Source: a virus. Taken from it: a DNA stretch of 64,000 bases. The position numbers were made by a program, and so were the translations under genes. Within the stretch, counting starts at the first letter, position 1. Every line of letters starts with the position of its first letter. Under the pieces are notes generated by a model. The model was not told the origin of the DNA. It worked only from the letters and a program-made list of their open reading frames with translations, and made no database searches. Shown here piece after piece: positions 8,661 to 17,455 of this stretch. The DNA is taken from the IMG/VR virus record IMGVR_UViG_3300027917_000024, positions 41,151 through 105,150 of that record, one strand, 5' to 3'.

Positions 8661-10663
8661 ATTTCAAGTTACTGACAATAAGTGGATTTTCATGTATTGA
8701 AAAAGAAGCTAGTATTCCACTCGACGGGGTTGGTCTCTGCTGCATTGAAGGCCGAGTATTAGATAAGGGATTTATAGATGCCTTCGAAACGGATCAAGTA
8801 TTTAGAAGTAATGGTGCTGGGAAGAGCTCAATTGTGGAGGCATTTTACTTCACACTTACTGGAGAGTTTTTCGATTCTGACACTACACTCGCTTCTGTTA
8901 TTAATCGTTTCTCAAAAGCACCGACCAAACTGTCTATTGAAGGAGATGTGGATGGTAAGAAATTTAAAGTTTTCCGGTCACTGGATAGTAAATCAAGGCG
9001 TCCTGGCAGTAAAGTAGCCCACCGTCTATTCTTTACTTTTGATGGTGAGAATATCCACGAGCAAACAAATTCCCTCCCACAAACACAGGAACGTATCAAT
9101 GAACTTCTCGGCATAACACCACTCTTACTACTCAATAGTAAGATCTTTGGCCAAGGCGATATAAGCAGTTTCACCAATGTCAATGACCGGCAGAAAAAAG
9201 TAATCATAGATAATCTTGTTGGAATAGGTACCTGCGATAAGTTCTGCAAAGCCTCAAAAGCACTACTATCAGAAGCATCCACAGAAATAGCAACACTAAA
9301 GATACAAATCATGAGTAAGAAAGAATCACAGCAACAAGCAGAGGATGAATTGATAGAGATACGCTTGAAAGAAACTACTTGGAAGAGAGAAAAGACAGCC
9401 AAATTAATAGAAATAGCAAGAAATATAGAAGAGCTTGAAAATGAAATACAGTTCCTTGAAGATTCAATTAACGAATGTAAGCTATCCAAATCGAAACTTG
9501 GTATTCCCGCAGATCAGCAAAATGAGATCAGGAAAAAATTAGAAGAAGTCAACCTTTTATTGTCTACTACTGAAGGAAGTTTGAAAGAAGAGCAGATAAA
9601 ATATAACCAGCTAGAGGCAAAATCAAGTTTTCAAATGGGACTCAAAAAGAGTGTGGAAGACAAGATGATAAAGCTCTCGGATCTCTACCAGAAGGAAGGA
9701 TCCAAGTGTCCTACCTGTTATCAAGAATTGACAGTCGATGGTTTGAAGACTGTGTATAATGAACTAGAGCAAGAACGGAATGATATTAAGAGTGCAGTGG
9801 AAGGATTTGCTGTTGAGATCGGGAAATCTACACAGGCCTGTAAGAAATGGGAAGCAACAAAAGAGGAAATAGATCGAGTAAGAAACAGCTTGAAGGGCCA
9901 GATGGGGGCACTAGAACATGTTGTAAAAAAGATAGAGAAAGCTGAATCTGATATAGCCCGTTTCGAAGAACTAATCAAAGCAAGTGGAAAGAGAAAAACA
10001 CTACTTAACAGTAATCTGCGAACTATAGAAAATGAACAATCCCCATATCTTACATTCCACAAGGGCAAGGAGACAAAGCTTGAAGACATGAAAAAGGAGA
10101 TTGAAGAGAAAGAAAAGGAGATAGAAAGACTAGAAAAGGATCAACAATACTTTAACTTCCTTGTCCGAGCTTTCGATAAGGGAGGTATACCACAACTGAT
10201 CTCTAATGATGTACTTAAGATTCTAAATAAGATTTTAGAGAAATATAAAAACAAGATCTTAGGTCGTAACTTCAATGCTGAATACCAAATGCGAGAAAAA
10301 AGAGGTACGGAAGAGATAAGCCTTAACCTTGAAAATCCAACAGGTGGTGAGGGATATTCAAGGCAATCAAAGGGGGAGAAAAGAAAGATCGATCTGTGTC
10401 AAATGTTCACTATATCAGACTTCGCAAAAATGCAGAACAAATGCAACTTAAATGTTATTTGGTTCGATGAGATATTTTCTGAACTTGATCCTCACAGCTG
10501 CGAATCAGTACTAGACATTATCAAAGATTATCCAGCCCAATCTAAATTTATCATCACACATAAGGACCTGTTTAAAGACGAATTTAAAAATCGAATCTAT
10601 GTTGAAAAAAATGGGAACTCATCGACTGTCAGAGTGAATTACGTTACGGGAGAGGCAGGATGA
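8648..10663 (+). CDS. sbcC: SbcC/Rad50-like SMC ATPase
   Basis: Walker A SNGAGKSS, coiled coils around a CPTC zinc hook, signature QSKGEK, Walker B WFDE, and ITH. Confidence 0.92.
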   Translation: MSRVNFKLLTISGFSCIEKEASIPLDGVGLCCIEGRVLDKGFIDAFETDQVFRSNGAGKSSIVEAFYFTLTGEFFDSDTTLASVINRFSKAPTKLSIEGDVDGKKFKVFRSLDSKSRRPGSKVAHRLFFTFDGENIHEQTNSLPQTQERINELLGITPLLLLNSKIFGQGDISSFTNVNDRQKKVIIDNLVGIGTCDKFCKASKALLSEASTEIATLKIQIMSKKESQQQAEDELIEIRLKETTWKREKTAKLIEIARNIEELENEIQFLEDSINECKLSKSKLGIPADQQNEIRKKLEEVNLLLSTTEGSLKEEQIKYNQLEAKSSFQMGLKKSVEDKMIKLSDLYQKEGSKCPTCYQELTVDGLKTVYNELEQERNDIKSAVEGFAVEIGKSTQACKKWEATKEEIDRVRNSLKGQMGALEHVVKKIEKAESDIARFEELIKASGKRKTLLNSNLRTIENEQSPYLTFHKGKETKLEDMKKEIEEKEKEIERLEKDQQYFNFLVRAFDKGGIPQLISNDVLKILNKILEKYKNKILGRNFNAEYQMREKRGTEEISLNLENPTGGEGYSRQSKGEKRKIDLCQMFTISDFAKMQNKCNLNVIWFDEIFSELDPHSCESVLDIIKDYPAQSKFIITHKDLFKDEFKNRIYVEKNGNSSTVRVNYVTGEAG

Positions 10664-11253
10664 TAAAACAGCTATTGCCAGAAATCGCTTTACCGAACTA
10701 TAATCTTAACTTTGAATTTGAAAAACGAGAACAGAACGAAAAGGTAAATTATGTAAATAGTTTTGGCGAGCTCTCTTTAAAAGACTACCGGATTACCATC
10801 ATGAAAATGGGAGGAGAGTTCGATAAGTACTTGTATGCAACTTTTGTTTGTTATTCTATAGCAAATGCCTACGATGTAAATCTCTCCAAGCACAAAGCCT
10901 ACGCATTAGGATTATTCACTTATCACATTCTAACGTATAACAGCTTCGTAAAATTATTCAAACAGTTTACAAAAAGGAGTGTATTTACTCCATTTAAAGT
11001 GGCAGTTCCATCTTTTAATTTAGAAGTTGAGCCTCATACAGAAGATGACGCACCACTAGGAATAATCAACGTCCCAAAGCAGCGTATACAAATTTATTCT
11101 GAGTGTGTACCAAAGCTCAAGAACGTAATACTTATACATGAATTATTTGAATGGGCAAACACGATGTATAACCTAAGTCTGAAACATATTGAAATACAAA
11201 GCTTATCTGAAGGACTGGTCTACGTCTTAAACAATAATAATTTTACAACATGA
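10660..11253 (+). CDS. hypothetical protein, tandem degenerate ImmA/IrrE-like metallopeptidase folds
   Basis: The second half has G-x-I...IQIY...ILIHELFE...EIQSLSEGL. The first half has the same layout without the HE motif. Confidence 0.5.
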   Translation: MIKQLLPEIALPNYNLNFEFEKREQNEKVNYVNSFGELSLKDYRITIMKMGGEFDKYLYATFVCYSIANAYDVNLSKHKAYALGLFTYHILTYNSFVKLFKQFTKRSVFTPFKVAVPSFNLEVEPHTEDDAPLGIINVPKQRIQIYSECVPKLKNVILIHELFEWANTMYNLSLKHIEIQSLSEGLVYVLNNNNFTT

Positions 11254-11254
11254 T

Positions 11255-11827
11255 ATGAAAATTGGATTCGACTTAGATGGATGTGTAATACAACTAATGC
11301 CAACAATGTTGGGCATACTGAAGAAAAAGTACGGCCTGTCTTACACAGAACAAGATGTTACATGTTGGAAGCTTGAGGACTGTTTAGGTATTACAGAACA
11401 GATGACAAGATCCATTGTTAACGAATCACTTGGTGCATGGAAAAGTTGGAAGCCATATGAGGGAGCTATCGAATTTATCAATGAATATCATAGGAGGTCA
11501 GGAGGAATAGTAACATTCATTACTGGGCGACAGCCCGAATTTCGAATAGCCACATATGAATGGTTGGATTGGTGGCTCCCTCATATCCCTTATGAACTAA
11601 TTCTGACAGGTAAAGCTAACAAAGGAGAATTAGCGAGACAACTTCGTATTCATATGTTTATAGAAGATTATTTCGACGGTGTCCTAGATCTTGCCAATAA
11701 TGGAATATTTGTACTTATGCCAGCCAGACCTTGGAACAGAGACGTAAATCTTTTCAATGTAATTACTTTTAATGAGTGGAAAGATATCATGTGTGTTCTA
11801 GATTTCTATGGGGGAAATAATGAGTAG
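11255..11827 (+). CDS. HAD-family 5'(3')-deoxyribonucleotidase
   Basis: KIGFDLDG, FITGR, K, FIEDY and RPWN motifs. Confidence 0.85.
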   Translation: MKIGFDLDGCVIQLMPTMLGILKKKYGLSYTEQDVTCWKLEDCLGITEQMTRSIVNESLGAWKSWKPYEGAIEFINEYHRRSGGIVTFITGRQPEFRIATYEWLDWWLPHIPYELILTGKANKGELARQLRIHMFIEDYFDGVLDLANNGIFVLMPARPWNRDVNLFNVITFNEWKDIMCVLDFYGGNNE

Positions 11828-12311
11828 AAAACCTTTCTCCTCCTACGACCATAAAACAAATGATCCAATAACAAAAAGGATAGCGGTTAGATTCTTAGAG
11901 CAAGGTGGGGAATTTGAACTCCAATGTCCATTAGATGATCAACCAGAACGATTTGGAGACTGGGACTTCTTTATCTTTTCTCAGGCATTAAATAGAAATA
12001 TGTTTGTAGAAGTTCAACGAAAACACGGATGGAAGGATTATGGTAAATGGCAGCACAACTTTCGGACTGTACATGTAGAAGAAAGAAAACATAAGAGTCG
12101 TGCAGAATTATTTATAATGTTTAACTATCACTGTAACACTCTTCTTATAGGAAGTATGAAAAAAATTATAGAAGCTAAAGTCATAAAAAAAGATTGCAGA
12201 CTTTCAGATGGGAGTATACTTGAAGATGATCACTTCTACGAACTGCCTCCAGAAAGTTTTGATTTCTATAAGTTGGATGGTTACGGAGTATGGAGGACTA
12301 CAAAACCGTGA
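11820..12311 (+). CDS. hypothetical protein, possible PD-(D/E)xK nuclease
   Basis: DWDFFI...FVEVQRK pattern. Start placed at the ATG overlapping the upstream gene. Confidence 0.45.
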   Translation: MSRKPFSSYDHKTNDPITKRIAVRFLEQGGEFELQCPLDDQPERFGDWDFFIFSQALNRNMFVEVQRKHGWKDYGKWQHNFRTVHVEERKHKSRAELFIMFNYHCNTLLIGSMKKIIEAKVIKKDCRLSDGSILEDDHFYELPPESFDFYKLDGYGVWRTTKP

Positions 12312-12802
12312 GTGGACTTTATTATATAGGTGTAGATCCAGGTATGAGGGAAGCAGGAGTTGGTGTAATTGACTATGAAGGTAGATTTGTGAAGGGCGAA
12401 AGGCTTTCTAACTGGGCTCCTTATCAATTCAAGGAGCTTATTCTTCGTATAGTAGATGATAATACCAAGCTTATACATCTTGTTGCAATAGAAAAAGTAG
12501 GTGCAATGCCAAAACAAGGAATAGCTAGCACGTCTAAATTCATGAAAGCTACAGGTATTATGATCGGGGTACTGGTAGGATTAGAAATTCCATTTGTCGA
12601 GGTAGCTCCGCAAACATGGAGGAAGATATCACCAGTACTAGCATCGAAAAAGGGAGAAACACCAACTGAGAAGAAAAGAAAATCACTTGAGTATATACAA
12701 AATAGATACCCTGAAGCCAGACTAATCAAGCAGGTAGAACATAATGTAGCCGATGCATTATGTATAGCTGAGTGGCTTTACATCAATAGAGGCAAAGTAT
12801 GA
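12290..12802 (+). CDS. ruvC: RuvC-like Holliday junction resolvase
   Basis: IGVDPG, VAIEKV, VAPQTWRK, ADALCIA. True start is probably GTG 12308 after GGAGGA. Confidence 0.88.
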   Translation: MEDYKTVSGLYYIGVDPGMREAGVGVIDYEGRFVKGERLSNWAPYQFKELILRIVDDNTKLIHLVAIEKVGAMPKQGIASTSKFMKATGIMIGVLVGLEIPFVEVAPQTWRKISPVLASKKGETPTEKKRKSLEYIQNRYPEARLIKQVEHNVADALCIAEWLYINRGKV

Positions 12803-12981
12803 CACCTGATAAAGTAGAAAATGCTTTAGACCCAATCAAGAAAGAATGGGAAAAATTTGTACTTTCAGGCCAGAGTATAACCATTGGGTCTGGACAGAAC
12901 TGTATATGTATTCCTGCATGGGCTATTCAATTTCTAGCACAGGTGATGGAGTGGAAACCCTTCGATGACAGAGATTCCTAA
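12799..12981 (+). CDS. hypothetical protein
   Basis: ATGA overlap with the upstream gene and fills the gap. Confidence 0.45.
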   Translation: MTPDKVENALDPIKKEWEKFVLSGQSITIGSGQNCICIPAWAIQFLAQVMEWKPFDDRDS

Positions 12982-13669
12982 GTCCGAGCTCCCTTCTCAC
13001 ATTACCGACCAGCACTTCTCCGACAAACAGGCCGCTACAGATGAGGAGTTCTGGGATAATCAAGCTACACTTCCTGGGTATCAGCCGGTAGTGGTAGATG
13101 ATGATAACCATACCAGTACAAGAATGCTTTATAACTATCTTTCAACCCAGATAAACTTTAGGGACAAGATCATTTTAGATGTGGGCTGTGGTGTAGGAAG
13201 AATACTGCCTATCTATATTGAGTTTGGTGCAAGAGAAATTCATGGTATTGACATCTCACATAGCATGTTAAAGATTGCCAGATTCAAGCATCCGCATCCT
13301 CATGTAATGTTATATAAGATGAACAGTAACAATATGTATGGATTCTCAGATAACTTCTTTGATCTTACTATGTGTATAACCACTTTAGCACATATAGGAA
13401 ACGATGATGACTTAAGCCAGACAGTGCATGAAATAGTACGGGTGACCAAACCAGATGGATATATAGTAGTAATCGAGCCCATGTCCTTCAATTTAGTTAT
13501 GAACTACCCGCACTCTAGGATGACTATGCGCCCAAGTCAGGGTTATCTACACTTATTCAAAGACGGAACAACAAATGTACATAGCAGCCGTGAATGTTTT
13601 GGTAGCCCTGATCACCAAGATGCGTGGCGAAATGTGATGATATTCAGAAAGAACACAGATGCTGCATGA
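12965..13669 (+). CDS. class I SAM-dependent methyltransferase
   Basis: ILDVGCGVG, GIDIS, DNFFDL, LAHI and RVTKPDG motifs. Confidence 0.9.
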   Translation: MTEIPKSELPSHITDQHFSDKQAATDEEFWDNQATLPGYQPVVVDDDNHTSTRMLYNYLSTQINFRDKIILDVGCGVGRILPIYIEFGAREIHGIDISHSMLKIARFKHPHPHVMLYKMNSNNMYGFSDNFFDLTMCITTLAHIGNDDDLSQTVHEIVRVTKPDGYIVVIEPMSFNLVMNYPHSRMTMRPSQGYLHLFKDGTTNVHSSRECFGSPDHQDAWRNVMIFRKNTDAA

Positions 13670-14240
13670 ACCTAGGGGGCAACTAGGAAAGAAAGCGTTA
13701 CAAAAAAAAAGAGATAAGATACTAGTACGACAGAGAAAGTACAGAGAAGAAAATAAAGATAAGATACTAGTACGACAGAGAAAGTACTATGAAGAAAATA
13801 AAGATGAGATACTAGTACGACAGAGGAAGCGCTATGAAAGGAAGTATAAAACTAGCCCAGCATATAGACTCAATTGTAGTATGCGAAGTAATATGTACCA
13901 GTCTCTAAAAAAGGGAGGAGGTAAAAGAAACAACCACTGGGAAGATCTCGTGCCTTATACGCTTGAAGAATTACAACGACACCTAGAATCTAAATTTGAT
14001 TCCTATATGACTTGGGAAAATTATGGGAGTTACTGGCATGTGGATCATATAATTCCATTAGCTAGTTTTACTTTCGAATCTGCTGATGATCCTCAATTTC
14101 AATTAGCTTGGGCACTTTCTAATCTACAACCCCTAGAAAGTTCTGAAAATATAGGTAAGGGTGATAGATTTGATCATCCATCTAATAAAAAATTTAAACC
14201 TATTCCGAAGGTACTAATTAACAATGATCTACGAACCTAG
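13659..14240 (+). CDS. free-standing HNH endonuclease with three 15-aa basic repeats
   Basis: MTWENYG, WHVDHIIP, NLQPL...N..K. N-terminal KDKILVRQRKYxEEN repeats. Confidence 0.85.
   Translation: MLHEPRGQLGKKALQKKRDKILVRQRKYREENKDKILVRQRKYYEENKDEILVRQRKRYERKYKTSPAYRLNCSMRSNMYQSLKKGGGKRNNHWEDLVPYTLEELQRHLESKFDSYMTWENYGSYWHVDHIIPLASFTFESADDPQFQLAWALSNLQPLESSENIGKGDRFDHPSNKKFKPIPKVLINNDLRT
13712..13846 (+). repeat. 45-bp tandem repeat x3 (15-aa unit) in HNH gene
   Basis: agataagatactagtacgacagagaaagtac... recurs at 45-nt spacing. Confidence 0.9.
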
Positions 14241-16460
14241 GGGGCTGCATGGCAAAGACAAGAAGGTTATTATCCTCATGCTCGAAGGTGGTATTGGAGA
14301 TCATCTTCTAGCTACACCTCTTCTTCGTGGCCTCAGAAAAAAGTATCCCACCGATCAATGGTATCTCATAATGATTGCGATGTACCATGAAGTCTTTGGT
14401 TACGAGGATCCCAAAACTAAAGACGGCAATACTTTGATATGCATGAATCCGTATATCGATAAGCTCTATTCCATGCGACTACCCTCTCGCTTCTATATGG
14501 AATGGGCTCGAAATGCAGATGTAATATATCGGTTAAATCCATATATACTATCTCCGCAAAGACTAGGCTCTAACCACTTTGCTGAAACATGGTGTACTAT
14601 TCATGAAGTTAAAATGGACGCTCTTGTATTGGACTATTATATTACTGAGCATGAAGACTTAATGGCAAGAAGACTCTATGAAATGCTCGTAAATCCAGTT
14701 ATTGTAATCCAACCTTTCGGTGCATATGACCCTATCGACCACATCAAAGCCACCGAGAATAAAGACTGGTGCGATGACAGGTGGGAGTTTATTATTCAAC
14801 TTCTCTTGAACAGGGGCTACGATATTATTCAGGTGGGAAAGATAGGAGAGCGAGTATTTAATGGTGTTCTTTCTTTTGTAGGCCATGCAAACATAAGGGA
14901 GACGGCAGCTATTATGAAGTATGCCGAGTACTTCATCAGCATTGATTCTTTTGTAATGCATATGGCCAAAGCACTAAATAAAATTGGTATTGTATTGTGG
15001 GGAAGAACTAATCCCTTCAGAGTTGGTTATATGGAGAACTATAATATTTTCAAGCTGCATTCGTGTCCTGAGATCTTCTGTGGCCGACCAGAAGGAGCGC
15101 TCTTCGATATGGCCTTCGATCAGCCCTACTTTACCCCGTGGCAGTGTCCTCATAGAGACTGCATGAAGGCAATTACAGTAGCAGATGTAGCTAAAGGGAT
15201 AGGCTTTATGGAACAAAGACTACAGCTGGATCCTGTTACATATGAGAGGAAGATGTAATGGCAGTTCCTAAGAAATACAAAGGGAGGGAAAAAGAATACT
15301 ATAGAAAGTATTATAAGGAGAACAGGAATAGAATATTAGAACTACAGAGAAAGAATAGAGAAAAAAATAGGGATAAGATTAGAGATAGACAAAGGAAATA
15401 CTACAAAAAAAATAAAGATAAGGTGCTCGAAACAAATAAAAGATCTAGGGAGAAAAGTATAGATAAAAGACTTGAATATGAAAAGAAGTATAGGGAGGAA
15501 AACAAAGATAGAATACAAGAATATAAAAAGGAATATGCCAAGAAAAATAAAGACAGACTGCAAGAATATAAAAAGGAATACTATAAGAAGAACAAAGATA
15601 CGATAGCAGCCAAGAAGAAAAAGCACAGAGAAAAAAATAAGGATAAGATAGCAGAAAGTAGTAAGAGATACAGGGAAGAAAATAGGGACGAGATATTAAA
15701 GAGGCAAAAACAGTGTAGAGAGAAAAATAGGGATAAAATACTAAAGAGACAAAAGGAATATACCGAGAAAAATAAGGACAAAATAAAGGAGTCTCAAAAG
15801 AAGTATAGACACCAAAATAAAGCAAAAATAGTAGCTCGACAAAAACAATATAGAGAAGAGAACCGGGAGAAAATAAAAGCCGGACGAAAGAGATACTACG
15901 AAAAAGAAGAGAACCAGGAGAAAATAAAAGCCGGACGAAAGAGATATTACGAAGAGAATAAAGAAAAAATGGCGACTCAACATAAACAGTACTATGAAGA
16001 GAACAAAGGCACAATAGCAAAAAAGGCAAAGAAATTTAGAGAAGAAAACAAGGAGAAAATATCAGAAGGGCAAAGGAAATATTATAAAAAGAATCAGAAT
16101 GACCCAATGTTTAAGTTGAATGGGGCAATGCGACAAGGAATATATCAGGCACTAAAAAGAAATGGAGGAAGTAAAAACGGACGACATTGGGAAGATCTTG
16201 TGCCTTATACTCTTGAAGAATTACAACAGCACCTAGAATCTAAATTTGATGAAAATATGACTTGGGAAAATTATGGGAGTTATTGGCATCTAGATCATAT
16301 AATTCCACTAGCCAGTTTTACTTTTCAATCTGCAGACGACCCACAATTTAAATTAGCTTGGACACTTTCTAATCTACAACCTCTAGAAAGTTCTGAAAAT
16401 ATAGGTAAGGGAAATAGATTTGATCACCCATCCAATAAAAAATTTAAACCTATTCCAAAA
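13935..16460 (+). repeat. 276-bp dispersed direct repeat (13935-14210 and 16185-16460), HNH catalytic domains flanking the GT9 gene
   Basis: Hand alignment gives about 30 mismatches in 276 nt, mostly synonymous. Confidence 0.9.
14224..15258 (+). CDS. glycosyltransferase family 9 (heptosyltransferase-like, GT-B)
   Basis: GGIGDHLLATPLLRGLRKKYP, NKDW, FISIDSFVMHMAKAL, VLWGRT and C-terminal C..C..C...CMKAI. Confidence 0.9.
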   Translation: MIYEPRGLHGKDKKVIILMLEGGIGDHLLATPLLRGLRKKYPTDQWYLIMIAMYHEVFGYEDPKTKDGNTLICMNPYIDKLYSMRLPSRFYMEWARNADVIYRLNPYILSPQRLGSNHFAETWCTIHEVKMDALVLDYYITEHEDLMARRLYEMLVNPVIVIQPFGAYDPIDHIKATENKDWCDDRWEFIIQLLLNRGYDIIQVGKIGERVFNGVLSFVGHANIRETAAIMKYAEYFISIDSFVMHMAKALNKIGIVLWGRTNPFRVGYMENYNIFKLHSCPEIFCGRPEGALFDMAFDQPYFTPWQCPHRDCMKAITVADVAKGIGFMEQRLQLDPVTYERKM

Positions 16461-16499
16461 GCTGAAGTGAGCCCCAAAAATTTAGATTGCCTCATCTGA
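15258..16499 (+). CDS. free-standing HNH endonuclease with about 17 tandem 15-aa basic repeats
   Basis: (K/R)DKIxxxxK(K/R)YxE(E/K)N repeats, then an HNH domain nearly identical to that of 13659-14240. Confidence 0.85.
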   Translation: MAVPKKYKGREKEYYRKYYKENRNRILELQRKNREKNRDKIRDRQRKYYKKNKDKVLETNKRSREKSIDKRLEYEKKYREENKDRIQEYKKEYAKKNKDRLQEYKKEYYKKNKDTIAAKKKKHREKNKDKIAESSKRYREENRDEILKRQKQCREKNRDKILKRQKEYTEKNKDKIKESQKKYRHQNKAKIVARQKQYREENREKIKAGRKRYYEKEENQEKIKAGRKRYYEENKEKMATQHKQYYEENKGTIAKKAKKFREENKEKISEGQRKYYKKNQNDPMFKLNGAMRQGIYQALKRNGGSKNGRHWEDLVPYTLEELQQHLESKFDENMTWENYGSYWHLDHIIPLASFTFQSADDPQFKLAWTLSNLQPLESSENIGKGNRFDHPSNKKFKPIPKAEVSPKNLDCLI

Positions 16500-16998
16500 T
16501 AGTCTACGCCAAGAAGTGCCATAATCTGAGGTACAAGTTAAGAAGTAGATTTAGTGGTAGGTTTAGGCCTGTACACTCCGGTTATGTATGGCTTTAGTCG
16601 CTTTAGTGGCAGTACTTCTGTTCCAAATCCCATACCATGAATAACCCGCCCATCTCCTATGTACATCCCAAAATGATAGGCTGTTTTCAAAGTAAAGTTA
16701 GATATCATTACTATATCTCCATACTGAATATTTTCTATCTTAACTTGATTAGCTAATTCGGATTTGTCATATTCAAGAATTGCATCGGCTATTTCCTTCT
16801 CGCTCTTTAAATCATACTCTGGATCAGGAAAATCATAGTCATGTACTCTTTTTATTAGATCTATCATCAGTCCCCAACAATCAAACCCTTCTTCTCTTGA
16901 TCTTCCTCTTTTTGTATAAGGCAATCCAATATAAGTTTCTATATCATCAACTTTTCTTGCCATTAAATTGCCTCATCTGATAGTCTACGCCAAGAAGT
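16486..16998. repeat. 32-bp exact direct repeat (16486-16517 and 16967-16998) flanking the NlpC/P60 gene
   Basis: attgcctcatctgatagtctacgccaagaagt occurs at both positions. Confidence 0.95.
16538..16963 (-). CDS. NlpC/P60 family peptidase (gpK-like), second copy
   Basis: YIGLPY..GRS..GFDCWGL, GDIV, HFGMYIGDGRVIH. Confidence 0.9.
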   Translation of the reverse strand: MARKVDDIETYIGLPYTKRGRSREEGFDCWGLMIDLIKRVHDYDFPDPEYDLKSEKEIADAILEYDKSELANQVKIENIQYGDIVMISNFTLKTAYHFGMYIGDGRVIHGMGFGTEVLPLKRLKPYITGVYRPKPTTKSTS

Positions 16999-17445
16999 AC
17001 CATTATAAAAGTAAAAGGCATTTCCTACAGAATCATAGTAGAGTTTCCCTTCTTCAGCTGCAGGAGTGCCTAATGGTTCAAATGTAGCAGACCGGATTAC
17101 ACTTCCAGCTGGGGTTTGATTTAAGTGGCTGTCTATTCTGTTTAATGCCTCAGCCAGTATTGTTGGCCATCCCACATCTCCTTTATCAACTGTAGGCCAT
17201 TGATAGTGAAAAGTATAGTCTTTTACAATAGCGTAGTTGACATTGATCCTGTTGGCATCCCCAGCATAAACAGGACTGATCGTAAGTTCTGTGTCGCTGT
17301 TAACGCTCTGGATCTCATAAAAATCAGTGTCGCCTACAACAATAAAAATATTACTTATACTGGCATTGACTAGCCATCTCGTTCCAGTCCCAGTAACGGT
17401 GGCACTTCCTATGTCTATGGATATTGTTCCTGTTCTGTACTGCAT
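16963..17445 (-). CDS. short tail fibre/adaptor protein (shared N-terminal anchor domain)
   Basis: MQYRTGTISID..SATVTGTGTRW...TELT. Start revised to ATG 17445 after AAGGAGG. Confidence 0.7.
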   Translation of the reverse strand: MQYRTGTISIDIGSATVTGTGTRWLVNASISNIFIVVGDTDFYEIQSVNSDTELTISPVYAGDANRINVNYAIVKDYTFHYQWPTVDKGDVGWPTILAEALNRIDSHLNQTPAGSVIRSATFEPLGTPAAEEGKLYYDSVGNAFYFYNGTSWRRLSDEAI

Positions 17446-17455
17446 TCTAACCTCC

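Noticed and set aside
13935-16460. HNH duplicate pair, or the 32-bp repeat, as a DGR template/variable repeat
   Set aside because: Mismatches are not adenine-specific and are mostly synonymous, and no reverse transcriptase is present in the window.
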